Source: an uncultured Gammaproteobacteria bacterium
GTDB taxonomy: Bacteria > Patescibacteriota > Microgenomatia > UBA10105 > UBA927
Length of the DNA: 38,009 bases
Assembly: GCA_964429085.1 (NCBI GenBank)
Contig: CAYSAP010000001.1
Span: 2,448-40,456 of the forward strand
Direction: 5' to 3'
Below the pieces are notes generated by a model, which saw only the letters and a list, made by a program, of their open reading frames with translations, was not told the DNA's origin and did no database searches. Made by a program: the position numbers and the translations under genes. The first letter of the stretch is position 1. Every line of letters begins with the position of its first letter. Below are positions 1-7,732 of the stretch, piece after piece.

Positions 1-2
1 AC

Positions 3-497
3 GGCGGGCTTTCCGACACGAACAAGCAGAAAGTACTAAACGCGCTGAGTGTCCGGTATATTTTAGATAGAGCGGAAAACGCCAGTAACGAACAAACATA
101 TCCCCCACAGATATTCAAACTGGTTCATACGTTTGAGGATTGGCGTGTATATGAAAACACAAACGCACTGCCCCGCGCATATATGGAAAACGGAACCGCG
201 ACTATTCTCTCGTACGAGCCAGAGCGAGTGTCCATACAAACAGAAAGCAGTATTTCGTCGACTCTTGTCCTCACCGATACCTATTATCCGGGCTGGAAGG
301 CCAAAATAGATGATTTTGATGATGTTGCAATTGTGCGGGCCAACTGGGCAATGCGCGGCGTTATCGTTCCTGCAGGCCGACACATCGTCACCATGACCTA
401 TGCCCCGAAAAGTTCCTATTACGGTGCGATATTGAGTATGATAAGCATAGGAGCAACGGGTATCATTCTGGGATTCATTTCTAAAAAATGCGTATGA
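3..497 (+). CDS. YfhO-like polytopic membrane protein, C-terminal fragment (5' end outside the window)
   Basis: Frame 3 is open from nt 3 to the TGA at 495-497. The tail ..LNALSVRYIL..LPRAY..DTYYPGWKAKIDD..PAGRHIVTMTY plus a terminal TM helix matches the C-terminal module of the full-length paralogs at 7733-9982 and 11032-13341. Confidence 0.7.
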   Translation, partial: GGLSDTNKQKVLNALSVRYILDRAENASNEQTYPPQIFKLVHTFEDWRVYENTNALPRAYMENGTATILSYEPERVSIQTESSISSTLVLTDTYYPGWKAKIDDFDDVAIVRANWAMRGVIVPAGRHIVTMTYAPKSSYYGAILSMISIGATGIILGFISKKCV

Positions 498-2126
498 GCA
501 AACACACAAAAATATTTTTATGTATCATCGTCCTGATTGCCGCCGCTCTTAGGCTTAACCGTCTGACAGACGTCCCCCCTGGGGTTAACCGCGACGAGGC
601 ATCAATCGGAGTCACCGCATACTCCCTTATGACCACGGGCAAAGATGAATACGGCCGGTTTCTCCCGTTATCCTTTGAATCATTCGGGGACTGGAAGCTG
701 CCGCTGTATATCTACACGGCAATTCCGTTTGTAAAACTGTTCGGCCTTACGGAACTGGCCGTCCGCCTGCCATCTGCACTCGCCGGTGTTGCTTCGGTTG
801 CGGCGGTATATTATCTGGCACACCTGTTGTTCGCATCAGAAAGCATCGGGCTGCTGGCTGCGTTCTCGCTTGCCGTTATGCCGTGGCACATCCACATATC
901 CCGTCGAATCAGAAGCAATTGTCGCCGTATTTTTTACCATAGCAGGTTCCGTGTGCTTTCTGCGGGCTCTGAAACTCAAATCGTTACAAAGCCTCATATA
1001 CGCTGCCGTGCTGTTTGCGCTGACATACTATACCTATCACGGGAATCACGTATTTACGACATTGTTGCTTGCCGGGCTTGCCGGAATATATTGGGGTGAC
1101 ATCATAAAAATTCCCCGATGGTGGATAGCTTTGGGAACGGGTGCGATCATGGCACTTGTCATTCTCTCCGTCACTCTTACGGCAGACCACACCAAAATCG
1201 GCGGCATCAGCATCTTCGGCGACCCGACAGTCGTACATAACCAGATTGAACTCCCGAGACTCGCCCATGACAATCCGGATTCATTCACGGCACGCCTCAT
1301 TCATAACAGACTGACCTATGCCGTGACGGCGATATCTCAAAACTATCTCAAATCATACGGCCCCGAATTCCTGTTTATCAAAGGCGGCGGCAATAAAGCA
1401 CATAATATCCGGGGATTCGGCAATCTCTATCCCATAGACGCCCTGCTTCTTCTGTTTGGAGTTTCCGGTCTTATCGGTACGTTCAAACACAAGCATGCCA
1501 AATTTGTTCTCTGGTGGATGGCTATCGGAGGAATTGCAGCCGCTATCACCAAAGACGCGCCGCACAGCAACCGCATGCTCGCGGTGGTACCCTCGTTTGC
1601 TATCGGAGTAGCCGTGGGTCTGCATATGCTCTATGAAAAAATATCCCCGCATCTGAGGAAATATCCCGCGGCGGCATTGGTACTTATCTATTTTGTATCT
1701 ATATCCTGGTATCTGGATCTGTATTTTGTCCACTTCCCGAAAAACGAAGCGGCAAACTGGGGCTACGCCTACAAAAAACTGACTCCTGTACTGTTTACCC
1801 CGAACCATGCTTCCAAAAATATCGTGATGACCTATCCGCAGACATCTCCGTATATCTTTCTCCTATTTTACAGCGGCTATCCCCCCGCCCGGTACCAGAA
1901 AGAGGCAATCCGGTATCCGGTTTCCGCCGACGGATTTACCGACGTTTCAGGATTCGGAAGATTCTCATTCCGCGGAATAGACTGGAACAAAGATCCCAGT
2001 CTGCCCAACACGCTGCTTGTGGCGCATCAGGATGAAGTTCCTGACAATCTGGCCTCAAAAATTATTTCAACTATCAGTCTGCCCGATAATGCCATACAAT
2101 TTGTCGTAATTGATACCGGTAAATAA
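488..2126 (+). pseudogene. Frameshifted PMT_2/ArnT-like GT-C membrane glycosyltransferase (pseudogene, sequencing error or recoding)
   Basis: ORFs 488-1099 (frame 2) and 786-2126 (frame 3) together align end to end with the paralog at 2129-3778. Compare ..VNRDEASIGVTAYSL..KDEYGRFLPL..FGDWKLP..PWHIHISR|VESEAIVAVFF.. with ..LSHDETAIAYNAYSI..KDEYGVPFPL..FDDYKLP..PWHINFSRQLFESNGALFF. The +1 frame switch must lie at about nt 900-906 (atatcccgtcgaatc). The likely start is ATG 494, which forms an ATGA overlap with the upstream stop. Confidence 0.6.
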
Positions 2127-2128
2127 TT

Positions 2129-3778
2129 ATGAAACGGACACACATTCTCCTTTTTGTTATTCTGCTTCTGGGAGCAGTGCTCAGGTTTTACCGCCTCACA
2201 ACGGTTCCCCCTTCGCTTTCTCACGACGAAACGGCAATCGCCTATAACGCATACTCGATTCTGAAAACCGGCAAAGACGAATACGGGGTTCCTTTCCCGC
2301 TCTTGTTTAGGTCATTCGACGATTACAAGCTTCCCGGCATGGTGTACGCTTCCATTCCTGCGGTGGCAGCCTTCGGAACAACGGCTATGGGCGCCAGGTT
2401 CACATCTGCGTTTTTGGGATCACTGACGGTATTGCTTGTCTATCTTCTTGTGCATGAATTATTCCGGGGATCCGGTAAGCTGCGGCAATACAACCCCGAA
2501 ACGTATGCATTAGCATCCGCATTTTTCTTTGCCATATCACCGTGGCATATCAATTTTTCCCGGCAGCTGTTTGAATCCAACGGCGCGTTGTTTTTTCTAA
2601 GCTTTGCAGTGCTTATGCTGCTTACATCGCTGCGCAACGCCCGTTATCTGCTACCCGCCGCCTTGCTGTTGGCCGTTTCCGTGTATTTTTACTATTCCGT
2701 GCGGCTGGTGATTCCCTGTATTTTGCTCGCCTACTGGTTTATCAATAAAAAACAACTCGCCGCCCACAAGTTATTGGCTGCATGCTCCGTTCTTCTATTC
2801 CTTATTATTTTACTCCCTATCGGGAGCCAGATGTTTACCCGCAGAGGCTTAGAGCGCGTATCTATCGTAAGCATCGTGAACGATCCCAACTTTCACAAAT
2901 GGAAAGACGTATTCATACAATTTTATGCCACCCATCCGGACCCGGTCAGAAAAATGTTTTTTAACCAAAAAACAGCGCTCGTGTGGGCGGCCGCAGACAA
3001 CTATTGGAAAAACATTTCCCCGCTCCATGTATTTGCAAGCGGAACCAGCACGTATGGTTTACAGCACCCGTTTGAAATCCCGTTTATCGCAGTGGGTCTG
3101 CTGTTTTTTATATCATTTCCGCACCCGGGAAAATGGCTGCTGATCATATGGTTTCTGGCTTCATTTATACCCGGAGCATTAAGCACAAATCAGCCGAATG
3201 CGCTCCGCACGCTGCTCGGCTCTCCTTTTTTCTCCGTCTGCTCAGGAATAGGAGCCGTACAAATTTTCAAAGCCATAGAACAACGGAAACGGATATGGTA
3301 TGGTGCTGTACCGTTTGGCCTGATGCTTCTTTACTTTCTCTATACCTTTTACCAGTCGTACTTTATCGTGAATCCGACACGCAACGCTCTGGCATTCGGC
3401 GACGGGTACGAACAGATGATCAGATACGTACAAGCGCATGAGTCCCAATATGACCGCATCGTTATTTCCGGGTATTATTGGCGCCCCTATATTTTTATGC
3501 TCTATTGGAGCAAAACCGATCCGGAAACATACCAGAAAACCGGCTCCCGGCAGGGCTGGGGCAAATACGTATTTACCGGGGCCGAATGGGATAAAAACGA
3601 TATATTTCTCTATGACTCCTCCTTTGATCCCGAAACACTTGTGCTGCCCAAACCTGCTAAGACGCTGTTTATCCTGGCAAACCCTGAATACGAAAGAAAC
3701 CGGGAGCAATACTTGCATATCGATACGATTTCAGGGAGGCACGAGCCGGCCGTATTTATAGCAGCCTCGGTGAAATAG
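2129..3778 (+). CDS. PMT_2/ArnT-like GT-C membrane glycosyltransferase (GT39/GT83-like)
   Basis: 549-aa ORF. TM1 is followed by the acidic loop LSHDETAIAYNAYSILKTGKDEYG, typical of polyprenyl-P-sugar-dependent GT-C enzymes. Many hydrophobic segments follow, then a soluble C-terminal domain of about 150 aa. Confidence 0.8.
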   Translation: MKRTHILLFVILLLGAVLRFYRLTTVPPSLSHDETAIAYNAYSILKTGKDEYGVPFPLLFRSFDDYKLPGMVYASIPAVAAFGTTAMGARFTSAFLGSLTVLLVYLLVHELFRGSGKLRQYNPETYALASAFFFAISPWHINFSRQLFESNGALFFLSFAVLMLLTSLRNARYLLPAALLLAVSVYFYYSVRLVIPCILLAYWFINKKQLAAHKLLAACSVLLFLIILLPIGSQMFTRRGLERVSIVSIVNDPNFHKWKDVFIQFYATHPDPVRKMFFNQKTALVWAAADNYWKNISPLHVFASGTSTYGLQHPFEIPFIAVGLLFFISFPHPGKWLLIIWFLASFIPGALSTNQPNALRTLLGSPFFSVCSGIGAVQIFKAIEQRKRIWYGAVPFGLMLLYFLYTFYQSYFIVNPTRNALAFGDGYEQMIRYVQAHESQYDRIVISGYYWRPYIFMLYWSKTDPETYQKTGSRQGWGKYVFTGAEWDKNDIFLYDSSFDPETLVLPKPAKTLFILANPEYERNREQYLHIDTISGRHEPAVFIAASVK

Positions 3779-3806
3779 CAAAACCCCATAGTACGCATAT
3801 CAAAAC

Positions 3807-3835
3807 TTGCATATGCGGCAATAATATCCTATAAT
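3807..3835 (+). promoter_or_regulatory. sigma70-type promoter TTGCAT-N17-TATAAT, placed 6 nt upstream of ATG 3842 (leaderless configuration)
   Basis: TTGCAT lies at 3807-3812, a 17-nt spacer follows, and TATAAT lies at 3830-3835. Then acgcac precedes the ATG at 3842 and no Shine-Dalgarno is present. The inverted repeat CGCATAT(3794-3800)-N10-ATATGCG(3811-3817) overlaps the -35. Confidence 0.45.
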
Positions 3836-3841
3836 ACGCAC

Positions 3842-4183
3842 ATGCTTAGACCTGAACAGCTTCATGAAATCAGACGAATGGCAAACGAGCGACACCGGAA
3901 AAACACGCTTGCCGCTCTCCAGCTCCTGGAGGAAGATGCCGACCTGAGCCGGCTTCATACGGTTATTGACCACCCTACTGTTGTTGAAATATACCGCAGA
4001 ATACTGCCCCGCCACGCGGAATTATGTGAAATACGGGAGCGGCGCAAACTTACCGATACAGAACGAGGCCAGCTGGCAATCGGATACGGATCTTTGTACC
4101 CGACATTCGGCGATGAAGGAATCGTGGCGCTTGCAGCCACCTGGCTCGCTACAAAACCCATCCGGCAGGCGCGGTATAGTTAA
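3842..4183 (+). CDS. Hypothetical small protein (113 aa, R/E/L-rich, probably helical), no recognisable family
   Basis: This is the longest ORF in the 410-nt space between the + and - gene blocks. It has a consensus promoter immediately upstream and no motif I recognise. Confidence 0.45.
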   Translation: MLRPEQLHEIRRMANERHRKNTLAALQLLEEDADLSRLHTVIDHPTVVEIYRRILPRHAELCEIRERRKLTDTERGQLAIGYGSLYPTFGDEGIVALAATWLATKPIRQARYS

Positions 4184-4188
4184 CGCAA

Positions 4189-5898
4189 TTATTTCCCCGT
4201 TTTTGCCGTCTCTTCGATGTAGCCTAACGTCAGCAGCTTTTTTAAGATTTCTTCCTGGTACCGCTTGTCAAAATTAAACGTACCGTCTATGTCAAAATTT
4301 TCGGTTCTTTCGAGTTTCCACCGGTACTGCCTGTCCGTCAGGGTGTCATTGAGTTTAAATAAACGGAAATAATTCGCGTCGAGAAATTCCGACATCCACC
4401 AGTTATAGGTAGAAGCATCTCCTCCCCAAGGAGCGAATCCCCGGTTAAAAACAATTATCCTCGGCCGATTCTTAGATAGATCCGCAATAAGCTCATCTTT
4501 TATTTTTGACGTGGCGGCGTGATTTAAAAACCAATGGTATTTGCTCGGCTGGCGTTTGGTATTGAGATAAAACAATTCCTCAAATTCGAACGGCCCGATA
4601 AATACATAGTCATCGGGAGATACGATTGTGTTCACATACGTAGCAACCTGCGGACGGTTATAGATTAATGGCGCCGTCCCCATATATTTCGGGAAAAATT
4701 TCTGTTCCATTTTCATGGCTAGATACAACGGAGTCGCTATCCAATACAGCAACAACAGCGCATACAAAGCGGAGAGCGCTGCTTTTTGCGAAAAAGCCGT
4801 CTTTTCTTCATCGAGTAATTCCCTGAGAGCCCACAATGCAAATAGACCGTTAAACATGGAGGTGATAATGTAAACAAACGCCTGATAATCGGTTTCTCGG
4901 ATAGATTGGGGGTTACTCCGGGCATTGGAAAAAACAAGCGTGATAACGAGCGGGAACAGGAATGTCCACCGCCCCCGCAGTATGACGAGTATTATCGCAA
5001 CCGCGCTGGAAAATGCGAGCGTAACCTGCACCGGATTACTGATCGGAAATCCGACGACTCCCCACAATGCCGGTAAGTAATTATTGATGAACGTATCGGC
5101 AATCACCGCGGCGTACCGGATCGGATTTATGGCGGCTCCCGGCGCATGCGGGTAATTATAAATGTAGTAATTGGTGTTATACACGACATTTGCCCAGTAA
5201 TAATCCGCGATACTTCCGGTAAACAGTAAATAGAGACCAAACAGGATATACGGAACCGAAAGAAGTACTACACCCGTCAATATCCTCCACAGTACGGTTT
5301 TGTTGGTATGTGTAGTTACAAACAAATACACCGCATAGAGGGACAGTGCCATCACGATAAATATATACGTCATAGACGTAAACCAACTCAGGAATGCAAA
5401 CCCGCCGGCAATGATAAGATCAGCCGTTTCAAACCGCTCGTTGTAATAATCCTTAAGAAACAAAAGGGCAAAGGACGGCAGGATAAAATATCCCGCTAAC
5501 GTGTCCGCAAGCAGCATATTGCCCCAAAAATATGTTCCGGATAACCCTATGACAAACAGAAGGATCACATAAAATGACAGATCCCGTTTAGGAAGACGTT
5601 GCTTGAGCAGCAAGCAGGACCCGACCAGCAGCATCCAGAGTACTACTTCCCAACCAATACGAAATTTCACAAATGATCGTCCCGCAAATGACAGCACCCC
5701 TGCTGCCATGACGTATGCTCCCGGCTGATGATGCTGGAACCAATCCCGATACGGCAATTTCCCTTCCGTGATATATCTGCCGCCGACTATACTGTCGAAC
5801 TCATCAGGATACTTTTCGTGAAACGCATTCGTAACGAAGAGAATAAGGAGAAGTAAAAAAATGAGAACAGACCTCCAGTACGGCTTCATACCATTCAT
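4189..5898 (-). CDS. Polytopic membrane protein, GT-C-like, with a soluble C-terminal domain of about 165 aa
   Basis: 569-aa ORF. TM1 is followed by the acidic loop HEKYPDEFDSIVGG, then roughly 10 or more hydrophobic segments and a hydrophilic C-terminus. It is the last gene of the minus-strand array. The start may be M1 (5898) or M4 (5889). Confidence 0.6.
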   Translation of the reverse strand: MNGMKPYWRSVLIFLLLLILFVTNAFHEKYPDEFDSIVGGRYITEGKLPYRDWFQHHQPGAYVMAAGVLSFAGRSFVKFRIGWEVVLWMLLVGSCLLLKQRLPKRDLSFYVILLFVIGLSGTYFWGNMLLADTLAGYFILPSFALLFLKDYYNERFETADLIIAGGFAFLSWFTSMTYIFIVMALSLYAVYLFVTTHTNKTVLWRILTGVVLLSVPYILFGLYLLFTGSIADYYWANVVYNTNYYIYNYPHAPGAAINPIRYAAVIADTFINNYLPALWGVVGFPISNPVQVTLAFSSAVAIILVILRGRWTFLFPLVITLVFSNARSNPQSIRETDYQAFVYIITSMFNGLFALWALRELLDEEKTAFSQKAALSALYALLLLYWIATPLYLAMKMEQKFFPKYMGTAPLIYNRPQVATYVNTIVSPDDYVFIGPFEFEELFYLNTKRQPSKYHWFLNHAATSKIKDELIADLSKNRPRIIVFNRGFAPWGGDASTYNWWMSEFLDANYFRLFKLNDTLTDRQYRWKLERTENFDIDGTFNFDKRYQEEILKKLLTLGYIEETAKTGK

Positions 5899-5922
5899 GA
5901 GTTCCCTACAATCATAATCGTC

Positions 5923-6846
5923 TCAACGTTTCTCTGCAAGGATCACCATATTATCTTTCATGGGTATATACAGAGGGAACCGCATCAGCGGCGTGTGACG
6001 GATACGTGCATATATCCAGGAGGCAATTGGGCTTTCACCTGTCGTCCTAGCAAGGTGCAGCACATACCCCAAGCTTAACCATTTGCCGACCCTATGCCAT
6101 CCGGCCGGCTTGAGTCCCGCCATATGAAGCAGTTTGGAGACGTTTTTCCGGTGAAAAAAGAATATATGCTGAGGGGGGATAAAAAACGTCCACCGCCGCT
6201 TCATAATTCTGGCGGCGATACTTCGGGTATCTCCCGTTGCGATTATGATGACACCGTCGGGTTTTAACAGCGTCACCAATTTTTTCATGTCGGCAAGAGG
6301 CTCCTGCAAATGCTCAAATACGTCAAACATCGTAATGACATCAAAACTCGCTTTGGGGTACGTCACCTCCTGGATAGTCCCCTCCTGTATCCGTTTCCCG
6401 CCGACCAATGTACTTGCTTTCCCTACCGCAAATGACGACGGGTCGAACCCATACGCATCATACCCCAGGGCTTTTGCGATCTCCACGACATATCCGAACG
6501 CGCAGCCGACATCCAGCAATGTTCCTGAGGGCTTCAGTCCGGAAATAAAGGTGAGAAACTTATGCAGGTTACGTACAATCAACGGCTTATCCAGTTCATA
6601 ATCCGCATAGGCACTCCGTGTCGGATCGCCTTCGTAATATCCTTCGGAATAAAACTCTTTCACAAACGTTGTGTAGTCCCTTTGAAGATCAGTCTGACCC
6701 AGATAACACTTCGGGCACCGGTAAATCCAATAGTCGTTCTTATGGAGATATTTTTCAAGCGGTATCCGGCAAAGAAGGCATCGCATAAGGGGGATATTAT
6801 GTGGTAAATAGTGCTGCATCTTTCCGGCGCCAGTGCTTTGACGCAT
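5923..6846 (-). CDS. Class I SAM-dependent methyltransferase with an N-terminal Zn-ribbon
   Basis: The CxxC...CxxC pattern (CLLCRIPL...YRCPKCYL) is followed by SAM motif I LLDVGCAFGYVV and ..DVITMFDVFEHL... The start is uncertain. ATGs at 6846, 6819 and 6786 are possible, and 6786 (MRCLLC..) avoids overlap with the upstream gene. Confidence 0.8.
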   Translation of the reverse strand: MRQSTGAGKMQHYLPHNIPLMRCLLCRIPLEKYLHKNDYWIYRCPKCYLGQTDLQRDYTTFVKEFYSEGYYEGDPTRSAYADYELDKPLIVRNLHKFLTFISGLKPSGTLLDVGCAFGYVVEIAKALGYDAYGFDPSSFAVGKASTLVGGKRIQEGTIQEVTYPKASFDVITMFDVFEHLQEPLADMKKLVTLLKPDGVIIIATGDTRSIAARIMKRRWTFFIPPQHIFFFHRKNVSKLLHMAGLKPAGWHRVGKWLSLGYVLHLARTTGESPIASWIYARIRHTPLMRFPLYIPMKDNMVILAEKR

Positions 6847-7717
6847 GCATACGAGATAGTAGTATAGCAGGTAATTTTATAAGTGCCATACCGTATCCTT
6901 GTAGCATGAGGGTGTCGCCTTTTACGATCGCCTGGAGCAGCCGGACCGGTGTCCAGAAAGAATGGGTAATCCAGAGTCCTGTATCGGACATATTTTTCCA
7001 TAAAAAAATAAATTGATTCCGGTATGCGATCCGCTTAATATCAGAAGGCGTATATGATGTTTTTATTTTTCCTTCCTCATGAAAATGTTCCACCACGCTG
7101 TTCCTCTCAAACACAATGCGGTATCCTGATTTGAGTATTTGGTAGGATACATCAATGTCTTCCCAGTAAAAAGGGTTATACAATGTGTCCATGCCTCCCA
7201 ATGTTTTCCATACGCTCAGCCGGAAAGCAGCACTCCCCCCGGAAACCCATGCCGTGTCCTCACGGTCTACTTCGCCTCTGGCATGAATAAAATACCCTTT
7301 TTCCCACCGCGCAATTCCGCGGCCTCGCAGAACCGTTCCGTTTGTTTCGTGACTCTTCTCGAGACATCCGACCGCGGCAACCAGAGGATCGGAAAAACGG
7401 GCCAAAAGCGGAGTAAGGAAATCCGCTTGCGGGCGCACGTCGGTATTCAAAAGCACGACGATGTCCCCCGTTGCCAGACACACGCCACTGTTTACATTAC
7501 CCGCAAATCCCTTCTGCCGTTTGTTTTCCGCGACAATGATATCGGGAAACGTTGTTTTGAGGTACGTCACCGATGCGTCCTCTGATGCGTCGTCTGCAAC
7601 GATGATTTGAGCATCAGGCGCGGCGTTACGTACGGACGGCAAATTTTTCCTAAGCAGATGCTCCCCGTTCCAATTGGGTAATACTATACTCACCCTCATA
7701 CGTTGTTGGTTCGTCAT
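6797..7717 (-). CDS. GT2-family glycosyltransferase (GT-A fold)
   Basis: VSIVLPNWNGEHLL...IIVADDASEDAS...VLLNTDV...YWEDIDVSYQILKSGYRIVF are GT2 hallmarks. Confidence 0.85.
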   Translation of the reverse strand: MTNQQRMRVSIVLPNWNGEHLLRKNLPSVRNAAPDAQIIVADDASEDASVTYLKTTFPDIIVAENKRQKGFAGNVNSGVCLATGDIVVLLNTDVRPQADFLTPLLARFSDPLVAAVGCLEKSHETNGTVLRGRGIARWEKGYFIHARGEVDREDTAWVSGGSAAFRLSVWKTLGGMDTLYNPFYWEDIDVSYQILKSGYRIVFERNSVVEHFHEEGKIKTSYTPSDIKRIAYRNQFIFLWKNMSDTGLWITHSFWTPVRLLQAIVKGDTLMLQGYGMALIKLPAILLSRMHASKHWRRKDAALFTT

Positions 7718-7732
7718 ATATAGAGCACGGGC

